Source of the DNA: Candidatus Omnitrophota bacterium
GTDB lineage: Bacteria; Hinthialibacterota; Hinthialibacteria; Hinthialibacterales; Hinthialibacteraceae
Direction of reading: 5' to 3'
Assembly (NCBI GenBank): GCA_016934335.1
Contig: JAFGTC010000128.1
Coordinates: forward strand, 1 to 37,947
Length of the DNA: 37,947 nt
The translations under genes and the position numbers were made by a program. The notes beneath the pieces were generated by a model. The model ran no database searches. It saw nothing but the letters and a program-made list of their open reading frames with translations, and was not told the origin of the DNA. Shown here in pieces: positions 26,529 through 35,049 of this stretch (the first letter of the stretch is position 1; each line of letters begins with the position of its first letter).

Positions 26529-27959
26529 TCAAGGCAGAAAGAACATGCCAGTCGTCGCTTTTTTGAAGAATCGTTGGAATGGATTGGATAAACCTTTGGC
26601 TTCCAGTAGTTCATCTAATTCTTTGACGGCTTTTTTCAGTGCGATAATCAGTACATGATCCTTCGGCAAGAGGACGTCGTCTCCGCGCGGGATAATAATT
26701 TCATTGCCTCGTATGATCGCACCTAACAGCGTATGGCGGGGCATGAAGCCCTCTTTCAAGGGTCGCCCGGTTAAAGTCGAATTGGAAGGCATTTCATATT
26801 CGATCGCTTCCGCCTGATCCTGGGCCAAGGTGGCCATGCTGAGAATCTTTCCTTTTCTTACATAACGCATAATAGCGTTGATCGTCACCAGACGCGGATT
26901 GATCGCTACATCAATTGGTTTGATATGCGTCAGGAGAGGAAGGTATTGAGGTTTGCGCATCAGGGTGATGACTCGCTTGGCGCCGCGCTCCTTGGCGAGC
27001 AAAGCGGCCAAGATGTTGGTTTCGTCGTCTTGAGAAGCGGCGATGAATCCGTCCGTATCGCTGAGTCCCGCTTCCGAGAGTATAGACACATCCCGGCCGT
27101 CGCCCAGCAGGATGGTCGTATCGTTGAGTTCTTCCGCGAACTGCTGGCAGCGTTTTTCGTCTTTATCGATGATGATGCTGCGCGCTCCCGCCTTCTCGAG
27201 CCGCTCCGCCAAAAAAAAGGAGACGCGGCTGGCCCCGACCATTACGACTTTTTTCAATTCCCGTTCTTTGACGCCGCCGATGGCATTGACCGAATCCAAA
27301 GAGGCGGGCGCTGCGATGATGAAAATCTTATCGCCGACATGCAGCCGATCATCCCCGCGAGGAATGAACGTTTCCTGATCGCGCAAAACGGTGGCGGCCA
27401 AAATGGGGCCTTCGAGATCCAAGGACGGCCATTCGCTCAAAGAGAGTCCGGCGATTGGCGCATCTTTTCGAACGGGAAATCCTACTAATTTCAACCGGCC
27501 GCCGGCGAAATCGGCCACGGAGGTCGCCGCCGGATTTTCCAGCAAGTCGTATAGTTCCAGCGACGCCACTTCATCGGGATTGATGATTAAATCGATGTCC
27601 ATCGAATCGGCGTAGTGGGAGCGGTCGGGAAAAATATATTCTTCACTGCGCACGCGGGCGATGGTGGTTTTGACGCCGAATCGCTTGGCGACGGCGCAAG
27701 CCAGCATATTTCGTTCATCGTTGTCGCTGACTCCAATGAACAGATCGGCCTCCCCGACGCCGGCCTCCATTAGAACCGATGCGCTGGCGCCGTTGCCTTC
27801 CAGCCCCATCACGTCGAGTTGTGTTTCCAAGTCGGCCAGGACGGAGGCTTTGATATCGATGATTTTGACATGGTGGCCTTCATTGGAAAGGCGGCGCGCC
27901 AATCCCTTTCCCACTTCGCCGGCCCCCATAATGAGAATGTTCAAGTTCGACATTGCCAC
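26529..27959 (-). CDS. trkA: Trk potassium uptake system NAD-binding subunit TrkA (tandem RCK domains)
   Basis: Two Rossmann motifs (ILIMGAGEVGKGLA and VMVGASRVSFFLA), each followed by an RCK_C-like segment. Confidence 0.9.
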   Translation of the reverse strand: MAMSNLNILIMGAGEVGKGLARRLSNEGHHVKIIDIKASVLADLETQLDVMGLEGNGASASVLMEAGVGEADLFIGVSDNDERNMLACAVAKRFGVKTTIARVRSEEYIFPDRSHYADSMDIDLIINPDEVASLELYDLLENPAATSVADFAGGRLKLVGFPVRKDAPIAGLSLSEWPSLDLEGPILAATVLRDQETFIPRGDDRLHVGDKIFIIAAPASLDSVNAIGGVKERELKKVVMVGASRVSFFLAERLEKAGARSIIIDKDEKRCQQFAEELNDTTILLGDGRDVSILSEAGLSDTDGFIAASQDDETNILAALLAKERGAKRVITLMRKPQYLPLLTHIKPIDVAINPRLVTINAIMRYVRKGKILSMATLAQDQAEAIEYEMPSNSTLTGRPLKEGFMPRHTLLGAIIRGNEIIIPRGDDVLLPKDHVLIIALKKAVKELDELLEAKGLSNPFQRFFKKATTGMFFLP

Positions 27960-29074
27960 AAACGCACCACCTGTTCCGTCGTATGAGCGAGATAATCGCC
28001 CGCTTTTTCCATGGCGTCTTGAAGGGAAATCGGACCGGGGGCGATCGAAAACATGGCCGCCATGCCATGCTCGTTGAGGAGAGTCCGATCGCCGACCAAG
28101 GCGCCGGCGATTCCAACGACGGGAACGCCTTTGGCTTGAGCGCGCCGCATAACGCCGGCGGGGACTTTTCCGAATTGAGTGGAAGAATCAATTTTCCCTT
28201 CGCCGGTAATGGCTAAAGCCGCGCCATCCAAGGCGTCGTCCAAACGGGCGTAATCGGCGATAAGATCGAAGCCCGAGCAGATTTGGGCGTCGCAAAACGC
28301 CATCAAGCCCGCACCCAGCCCGCCGGCGGCGCCGCCTCCGGGTTTATCGCCGACGGCGGCATTCAAGTCTCTTTCCAACAAGGAGGACATTCTCGACAAG
28401 CCTTTTTCTAAAATTTCAACCATTTCCGGCGTCGCGCCCTTCTGGGGAGCGTAAACGGGAGCGGCGCCGTTTGGCCCCAGCAAGGGGTTGGTCACATCGG
28501 AAGCGACAAAGATCTCCGTTTCATGAAGTTCCTCCAGAACATTGGATGAATCGATTTGCGCGACAAGGTTCATCGAATCGCCGATGGGCGCCAATTCGTT
28601 GCCGTATTCATCCAAAAAGCGATACCCCAAAGCGGAGGCCATGCCCATTCCCGCATCGGTCGTTGCGCTCCCGCCGATCCCGACGATCAGCGACCTGACG
28701 CCGCGGTTCAGCGCATCGCGAATCATTTCTCCCGTGCCGTAGGTGGAGGTTTTAAGAGGATTCTTTTCGTGCTCCTTCAATCGCCATAGTCCCGATGCGG
28801 CGGCCATCTCGATGACCGCTTTTCGATCGTCATCAAAGAGACCGTATTGCACTTTGACGGGGCGCATCAAGGGATCGTTGGCGGCGACTTGAACCATGCG
28901 CCCCCGACGGGCCGCAACGATCGCTTCGGCGGTTCCATCGCCGCCGTCGGCCAGCGGGACGGTAAGGATTTCCGAATCCGGACAGGCCTGGGATGCGCCG
29001 CTCGCCATCGCTTTGGCGACTTCGAGGGCGGTCATGCATTCTTTGAAAGAATTTGGCGCAATCACAATTCGCAT
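27941..29074 (-). CDS. Glycerate kinase (GlxK/GarK family)
   Basis: MRIVIAPNSFKE is the N-terminus, taken at the internal Met (the track ORF extends to 29119). ADGGDGT and ITGEGKID match the family. Confidence 0.8.
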   Translation of the reverse strand: MRIVIAPNSFKECMTALEVAKAMASGASQACPDSEILTVPLADGGDGTAEAIVAARRGRMVQVAANDPLMRPVKVQYGLFDDDRKAVIEMAAASGLWRLKEHEKNPLKTSTYGTGEMIRDALNRGVRSLIVGIGGSATTDAGMGMASALGYRFLDEYGNELAPIGDSMNLVAQIDSSNVLEELHETEIFVASDVTNPLLGPNGAAPVYAPQKGATPEMVEILEKGLSRMSSLLERDLNAAVGDKPGGGAAGGLGAGLMAFCDAQICSGFDLIADYARLDDALDGAALAITGEGKIDSSTQFGKVPAGVMRRAQAKGVPVVGIAGALVGDRTLLNEHGMAAMFSIAPGPISLQDAMEKAGDYLAHTTEQVVRLWQCRT

Positions 29075-29176
29075 AAAAAAGAAATTCCTTTCGACGCTTG
29101 AAAAAAGATGATCGATCACCGATTTGAAGTGTAATGAATAAAAGCCCTAAATGCAACTATTCCAACGAGAAATTTA

Positions 29177-29202
29177 CAGGGGCGCCCTTGCGAGCGCCCC
29201 TG
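29177..29202 (-). terminator. Hairpin terminator downstream of ORF 29235-30326
   Basis: CAGGGGCGC-ccttgcga-GCGCCCCTG is a 9-bp perfect stem. On the minus strand it is followed by TGTAAATTTCTC. Confidence 0.4.
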
Positions 29203-29234
29203 CATCGGATTGCAGATCAAACAAGTTTGGTATT

Positions 29235-30326
29235 TCAATCGATGGTTTTTTCAACGCCGCATGACTGGCAATAGGGCAGCAGAGAGGGCCGAACGGCGTT
29301 GCATTCCTTGCAGTGCTCGAATAAGGACGAACCGCAGGAGGGACAGACGTAGGGCTGTTCCTCTTCATGGTTTTCCGGCGTCTGCAGAGGAAGGCGAATC
29401 TTGGGACCTTTTGATGTCCAAAGCATATATTTGAGGGGGCCGCGTTCGATGGGATAGGAGCAAATCGGGCATAGATGCCGGGTATACGATTCTTTGTATT
29501 GCTTCAGCAGCCAATCCTTCTTGGGCGAAACGATCTGGCGAATCAGGTGGATTAAAAAGGCCAACACGATGAGGATGGCCGCGCCGATGGCGATGTATTT
29601 GAAGAAGTCTTTGGGGAAGTGTTCATGCATCACCAAGAAGACGCGCCAAAACGTTGCAATGAACGCCGAATAGATAATCGGAGTATAGGCCGTCTGACGT
29701 TTTTTGATCGCAAACCAACTCGCTATCAATAGCAAGGGAAGCAGGACGGCCAATTTCAGCGATGCGATCATGAAGTTATGCGATTTGAGCGCTTCGTTGT
29801 ACTCTTCCTGGGCCGGCTTTCGTTTTTCTTGAATTTCGTCATTGAGAGACTGGATGTTCTCCTGGCAGTTTCTTAGATTCTGGCTGAGCCGGGCGATCTC
29901 CTGGTTGGCTTCCTGATATTTTTGTTGATTTTCGAGAAAGATTTTTTCGCTTTCGGCCAAGGCGTTCTGCTCCGCTTCGGTGGGTTTGACGCCTTGATCG
30001 ATGTTGTGGCGGTGCATTTCCAGCAGTTGATTCATGGTTTGCTGCGAATTGCTGGTGCTGTTGCGCAGGATGCCCTGAATCTCGCCTTGATTTTTGATTT
30101 GCCGCTGGAGCGTTTCGCTCTGTTTTGTTAAAGCCTCGAGCTGATCGCGGAGAGATTGATCGATGTATTTTTCTTCGATCTCTTTGTAATCCGGCCCCGG
30201 TATTTTGCTGATGTCACGCTGCACGAAGCCCAGCAGCCAAATCAAGAGAATGGTCAACAAAAAACTGAAGAAATAGATTAAAACACGGTGCATCCAAGGT
30301 CCCTTTTGCTTGTTGTGCGCCTTCAT
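29235..30326 (-). CDS. Hypothetical membrane protein: N-terminal TM, ~170-aa coiled coil, two TM helices, C-terminal double zinc-ribbon
   Basis: TM1 VLIYFFSFLLTILLIWLLGF. A Q/E/N-rich heptad region (QLEALTKQSETLQRQIKNQ ... NLRNCQENIQSLNDEIQEKR). Further TM helices (LAVLLPLLLIASWFAI, IAIGAAILIVLAFLIHLI). The C-terminal Cys pairs are CPIC...CPSC...CKEC...CQSC. Confidence 0.6.
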   Translation of the reverse strand: MKAHNKQKGPWMHRVLIYFFSFLLTILLIWLLGFVQRDISKIPGPDYKEIEEKYIDQSLRDQLEALTKQSETLQRQIKNQGEIQGILRNSTSNSQQTMNQLLEMHRHNIDQGVKPTEAEQNALAESEKIFLENQQKYQEANQEIARLSQNLRNCQENIQSLNDEIQEKRKPAQEEYNEALKSHNFMIASLKLAVLLPLLLIASWFAIKKRQTAYTPIIYSAFIATFWRVFLVMHEHFPKDFFKYIAIGAAILIVLAFLIHLIRQIVSPKKDWLLKQYKESYTRHLCPICSYPIERGPLKYMLWTSKGPKIRLPLQTPENHEEEQPYVCPSCGSSLFEHCKECNAVRPSLLPYCQSCGVEKTID

Positions 30327-30510
30327 AATTTCACCTCCGGGTTATTTTGTTTATATATTAACATTATATCTATGCAACGTCAACAAAAAAAAGCATTTAT
30401 TTTCGATTTTTTTGGGGAGGGTCTTTTCACGTTCATCCTACGTCCATCTAATTTTCCTTCAGGAATAAGACGAAATAGAGAAGGAAAAGTTGGAACAAAA
30501 GAAACGAAAA

Positions 30511-31668
30511 TCAAGTTTGCCCGGAAGAAGAGTCGTCGCGGGCGTAATGGAGAGGGAGGGCGAACCGCTCTCGAGCAATTTGGGAGAGAGGATCGACGGC
30601 GGCGCCGTTTTGATGGATTTCGAGGTGCAAATGGGGGCCGGTGGTGCGGCCGGAATCGCCGGATAATCCCAGCCGGTCGGCGGCGCGAATGGAATCGCCG
30701 GCTTCGACCTGACGATCGGAGAGATGAGCGTACAGCGAATAAGTTCCGTCATCGTGCTTGATTTCGACGACCTGACCGTATCCCGACTTTTCGCCGGAGA
30801 ACTCGACGACACCGGGCTTGATGGGATAGATCGGCGTGCCGATCGGAGCGCCGATATCGACGCCTTTATGAAAATGGGGCTGATGGGAGATGGGGTGGAT
30901 TCGGCGGCCGAATTCGGAAGTGATGATTCCGTTTAATGGCGCTTGGATATCGCCCGCCCAGGTCATCTGGACGGGATTTTCCTCCGGCTGTTCGCCGGCG
31001 TTGGTCAACTGAGAATAAATAGCGCTGAGATCGATTTTACGACCGGCGTAAATCCGGTCCGGATCGGCGATATGGTTTTGATGGGCGACTATGTTCACCA
31101 TTCGGTAGACATCGCCGGTATTGTAATCGAGGCCGGCGCCGCGCATGGCGTTTAGGATAATGTTGGAGAGCGTGTCGCCGGATTGAATTACATAGGTTGT
31201 ATTTTCAGGCGACGGAGCGAATTCGGCGGACGGAGCGCTTGGCTGCGTAATTGCAGCGTCTTGAACAACGGGAACTTCCTTTGCCGGAGTTGAATTTTGG
31301 GGTTGAAGATTCAGAACGGAGGCCATGTTATCGGGAGGAGCGGGATTGGCGTTTGTCGAGGCTTCGGGCGGCGTCTCGGGGAGTGCAGAAGGCGTCGGCG
31401 CGCTGATTTCTTCCTCAAGCAGGGGAACAATCGATTCGTTCGCATCGCCGGAGGCGGAGGAAGATTTGTTCGGTTGAATGTCCAGGGGCGCGATGCGCAG
31501 CGCATCGGGGGTCATGATGGGAGTGGCTTCTTGATCGATGGTTTTCGAAAGAATCTCTTGAAACGACTCATCAGGCTGTTGATTGGCGGCGTCATGACGC
31601 TGACGCATCACCGGCGCAGGTTGATTGACGGGACTTGTATCAAGCGGATCAACGAAGGGATCGACCAT
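30511..31668 (-). CDS. LysM-domain M23 family peptidoglycan DD-metalloendopeptidase
   Basis: Pro/Ala/Ser-rich low-complexity N-terminus. LysM (YVIQSGDTLSNIIL). The M23 catalytic motifs HKGVDIG (HxxxD) and GPHLHLEIH (HxH) are intact. Confidence 0.85.
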   Translation of the reverse strand: MVDPFVDPLDTSPVNQPAPVMRQRHDAANQQPDESFQEILSKTIDQEATPIMTPDALRIAPLDIQPNKSSSASGDANESIVPLLEEEISAPTPSALPETPPEASTNANPAPPDNMASVLNLQPQNSTPAKEVPVVQDAAITQPSAPSAEFAPSPENTTYVIQSGDTLSNIILNAMRGAGLDYNTGDVYRMVNIVAHQNHIADPDRIYAGRKIDLSAIYSQLTNAGEQPEENPVQMTWAGDIQAPLNGIITSEFGRRIHPISHQPHFHKGVDIGAPIGTPIYPIKPGVVEFSGEKSGYGQVVEIKHDDGTYSLYAHLSDRQVEAGDSIRAADRLGLSGDSGRTTGPHLHLEIHQNGAAVDPLSQIARERFALPLHYARDDSSSGQT

Positions 31669-31775
31669 TTTTACACTCCTTCATCACACCAACCTTTTGA
31701 CAGGCTTCCTGCGAAGAATCGGCCCATACAAAGAAGTAATTCTTGCCGGGACCGTCGAAAGAGAACAAATTCATT

Positions 31776-32873
31776 TTAGACGGAGAAGCGAAAGTTAATG
31801 ACATCGCCGTCTTGAACGACGTATTCTTTGCCTTCGAGGCGAAATTTGCCGGCTTTTTTGACTTCATCCTCCGAGCCATACTGTTTCCAATCCTGGAAGG
31901 CGATTACTTCGGCGCGAATAAATCCTCGTTCGATGTCGCTGTGAATCTTACCGGCGGCCAGCTGGGCCTTCATTCCGACGGGAATGGTCCAAGCGCGCAC
32001 TTCGTCCGGGCCGCAGGTGAGAAACGAATGCTGTTTAAGGATGCGGTACGATTCTTGGATGACTTTGCCGCGCGCCGGTCCATCCATACCCGATTCCTGA
32101 AAATAAACGTCCCATTCTTCGGGAGGGAATTCAAGCAAATCGTGTTCCAATTGAGCGTTGATGGGGACGACCGGCATTTTCCAGCGATCCGCGGCTTCCT
32201 GCAATTTGGCCAGGGCGTCCAGTTCGTCTTGATCGGTCAGATCGGAGACGTTGGCGGCGCAGAGCATCTGCTTGCCCGACAGAAGGCCGTAAGGGCGAAT
32301 ATACAGATTGATTTCTTCAGAGGTGGGATCGATGGATATGATGGGCTGGTCGTTATTCAAGGCCTCCAAGAATCGCTTCAGCGATTCTTTTTCCTTGTCC
32401 AATTCTTTGCGTTTATCGACCTGCTTCTTCCAGGATTCATCAATGCGCGGAAGGCGCTTCTCGATGACGGTCATATCGGCGAGGATCAATTCCGTCATAA
32501 CGGCGTCGAGATCTCTTGCGGGATCGACGGCGCCTTCGGGATGAGGCACGGAGTCGGATTTAAAAATGCGCACAGCGATCAGCAGAGCTTCCATGTCGCG
32601 CAGATCGCCGAGGAAGCGGCTGCTGAAGCCTTTTTCCTTTCCTGATCCTTTGGCAAGACCGGCTACATCGGTGAATTCAACGGAGGCGTACGTCGTTTTT
32701 TTGGGATGATGGATATTGACCAGGAAATCGATCCGGTTATCGGGAACATGGGCCACTCCCCGGTTGGCGTCTTTCTCGCCGCCGCCCGCCGAGGTTTCGG
32801 CGTGACCGTGAGTTAAGGCGTTGAAGATGGTCGTTTTACCCGATGTTTGTAATCCGATGATTCCAATTTGCAT
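31776..32873 (-). CDS. ychF: Ribosome-binding ATPase YchF (Obg-like GTPase family)
   Basis: IGIIGLQTSGKTTIFNALT P-loop, DVAGL and a C-terminal TGS domain (FIRAEVIAFQDWKQYGSE). Confidence 0.95.
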   Translation of the reverse strand: MQIGIIGLQTSGKTTIFNALTHGHAETSAGGGEKDANRGVAHVPDNRIDFLVNIHHPKKTTYASVEFTDVAGLAKGSGKEKGFSSRFLGDLRDMEALLIAVRIFKSDSVPHPEGAVDPARDLDAVMTELILADMTVIEKRLPRIDESWKKQVDKRKELDKEKESLKRFLEALNNDQPIISIDPTSEEINLYIRPYGLLSGKQMLCAANVSDLTDQDELDALAKLQEAADRWKMPVVPINAQLEHDLLEFPPEEWDVYFQESGMDGPARGKVIQESYRILKQHSFLTCGPDEVRAWTIPVGMKAQLAAGKIHSDIERGFIRAEVIAFQDWKQYGSEDEVKKAGKFRLEGKEYVVQDGDVINFRFSV

Positions 32874-32934
32874 GATATTCCACCTGTCTCCGAAGAGAAA
32901 AATCGACTTGAATGAATGCGTAAAACCGATTCAG

Positions 32935-33167
32935 ACAGGAAAATTATTCCTGCCATTAAATTACATACAGGAAAATTATTCCTCCTAATTTCAATTCAAA
33001 AAAGGGGTTGTATTCGAATTGGGTGTGTTTTCTGAAAATTAACCGTAAATGGGGCGCGGATCGATGGAAAATAGAGATTTTCAAAGTGATATTTTGTGCG
33101 ATTTTTGACCTATCACTTTTTTTGTCAGCATGCTATTAGTGATAAGATTCCTGGAAGCATCCAGGAA
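32935..33167. promoter_or_regulatory. Repeat-rich divergent promoter region between ychF and the glycoside-hydrolase operon
   Basis: A 17-bp direct repeat ACAGGAAAATTATTCCT occurs at 32935-32951 and 32967-32983. A perfect inverted repeat TTCCTGGA-agca-TCCAGGAA lies at 33148-33167. The inverted repeat AGTGATA...TATCACT lies at about 33085-33117, with a third AGTGATA at about 33137. Confidence 0.35.
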
Positions 33168-33206
33168 GATTAAAAAGCATATCATCTGACCAGGGAGTAT
33201 TGAGTT

Positions 33207-35030
33207 GTGAAAAATCTACGAGGCATACCAATTTGGATCGCCTGCTGCGGAATGATCGCATGGAGTTTATCGCCGGATTTGCAACACGCCGCTTCGCAAG
33301 TTTCGGCGGAGTTTAAGGGAGCGCCCTATACGGATGGAGACGTTTATGCGGATACATGGACGGCGACGGACGATTTGGGGCGGACAACGCCCGTCTTCGA
33401 TGAATGCGGGCCGTTAAAAAAGGATAAGTGGGTCGGCATTTTCTATTGGACGTGGCACATTCCCAGCCGGGGCGGCCCTTATGACAACACCAAATTGATC
33501 GCGACGGCGAAAGACGGAAAAGTCGAGTGGCCCGCTCAACTCGCCGCGCATCACTGGGGAGAGCCGGAACTGGGATACTACATCATGACCGATCCGTTCG
33601 TCATCCGCAAGCATGCCGCCATGCTCGCGGATGCAGGCGTCGATGTCATTTTATTCGACACGACCAATCCTCCATTCACCTGGAAGGACGAGTACGAAGC
33701 GTTGTGCCGGGAATACACCGCCATGCGCAAAGAAGGCGCCCGGACTCCCTACATCGGATTCATTGCGCCTTTCTGGGATCCACGGCCGGTGGTCGACCGG
33801 CTTTGGAAGGATCTCTATCAGCCGGGCCTCTGGAAAGATCTTTGGTTCATGTGGGAGAACAAGCCGCTGCTATTGGCGAACAAGGATTTCATCGAAGATA
33901 AGGAGATGCTGGAATTCTTTACGTTCCGCCGCCCCATGCCGGATTACTGGATCGGCCCGAGCGGTCCGGATCAATGGAGTTGGCTGGAAGTGCATCCGCA
34001 GCATGTATTCAAAAACAGCCGGGGCGAGAAGGAGCAAATGAGCGTGGGCGTAGCGCAGAATGCGCTGCCGAATACGCCCGGCCCGGCGCCGATGAGCCAT
34101 AAGGCGGGGGCGATGGGGCGAAGTTGGCATGATGGAAAAAAAGATGAGCGCGAAGGAGCCGTCAACCTAGGGCTGAATTTCGACGAACAATGGAAACATG
34201 CTCTGCAGGAGGATCCCAAATTCATTTTCGTGACAGGTTGGAACGAATGGATCGCGGGGCGTTTTCTTGAATGGTCTAAATACACGGAGAAGGACGCCTA
34301 CTATCCCGGCGGTTTGTTTGTCGATCAATACACGCAGGAGTTCAGCCGAGACTGCGAACCGATGCTCGGCGGGCACAGCGATAATTATTATTACCAGTTG
34401 GCCAGTTGGATTCGCCGATTCAAAGGGATTCGCAAGCCTCCGGCGGCGGCGCGCTCCTATTCAATTCAGATCGACGGTTCGTTTGACGAGTGGAGCGAGG
34501 TGAAGCCCGAATTCCGGGATACGATAGGAGATACTTTCCACCGCGATCATAAAGGATACGGCGATCTCGTTTATCAAAACAATACGGGGCGCAATGACTT
34601 TGTGGTCTGCAAAGCGGCGTACGATGAAGAAAACCTGTATTTCTTCGCCCAGACGTGCGAGAAAATCACGCCGCGAACGGATCCTTACTGGATGCTGCTG
34701 TTTTTGGATGCGGATCAAGATGCGGCGAGCGGATGGCTGGGCTATGATTTTATCGCCAATCTGGAGACGGTCAGCGATGATAAAACAACTTTGAAAACCT
34801 GGCAAAACGGATCCTGGGCGACGGCGGCGCAAATTCCGTTTCGAGTCAACGGAAACGGCATAGAACTGGCCATTCCGCGCCGATTGGTTGGACAGAATAA
34901 AGAGAATCCCTCTTTTGATTTTCATTGGGCGGACAACATCCAGAGCTTCAAAGGCGTTTCAGAATTGGGCGTCAACGGCGACAGCGCTCCAAACCGTCGA
35001 TGGAACTACCGCTTTATCTTGGAAAAATGA
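33207..35030 (+). CDS. Secreted glycoside-hydrolase-like protein (TIM-barrel-type domain with a C-terminal beta-sandwich region); GTG start
   Basis: Signal-peptide-like N-terminus (IPIWIACCGMIAWSLS). The segments HHWGEPELGYYIMTDPFVIRKHAAMLADAGVDVILFDTTN and FVTGWNEWIAG resemble GH99/GH71-type hydrolases. The family assignment is uncertain. Confidence 0.55.
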   Translation: MKNLRGIPIWIACCGMIAWSLSPDLQHAASQVSAEFKGAPYTDGDVYADTWTATDDLGRTTPVFDECGPLKKDKWVGIFYWTWHIPSRGGPYDNTKLIATAKDGKVEWPAQLAAHHWGEPELGYYIMTDPFVIRKHAAMLADAGVDVILFDTTNPPFTWKDEYEALCREYTAMRKEGARTPYIGFIAPFWDPRPVVDRLWKDLYQPGLWKDLWFMWENKPLLLANKDFIEDKEMLEFFTFRRPMPDYWIGPSGPDQWSWLEVHPQHVFKNSRGEKEQMSVGVAQNALPNTPGPAPMSHKAGAMGRSWHDGKKDEREGAVNLGLNFDEQWKHALQEDPKFIFVTGWNEWIAGRFLEWSKYTEKDAYYPGGLFVDQYTQEFSRDCEPMLGGHSDNYYYQLASWIRRFKGIRKPPAAARSYSIQIDGSFDEWSEVKPEFRDTIGDTFHRDHKGYGDLVYQNNTGRNDFVVCKAAYDEENLYFFAQTCEKITPRTDPYWMLLFLDADQDAASGWLGYDFIANLETVSDDKTTLKTWQNGSWATAAQIPFRVNGNGIELAIPRRLVGQNKENPSFDFHWADNIQSFKGVSELGVNGDSAPNRRWNYRFILEK

Positions 35031-35049
35031 TAATCAAGGAAAAATAAAA

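Noticed and set aside
34888-35049. Upstream extension of the second glycoside-hydrolase ORF, overlapping the first gene
   Set aside because: The extension (MDRIKRIPLLIFIGRTTSRASK...) is read out of frame through the first gene's C-terminus, and the signal peptide starts only at the internal Met.
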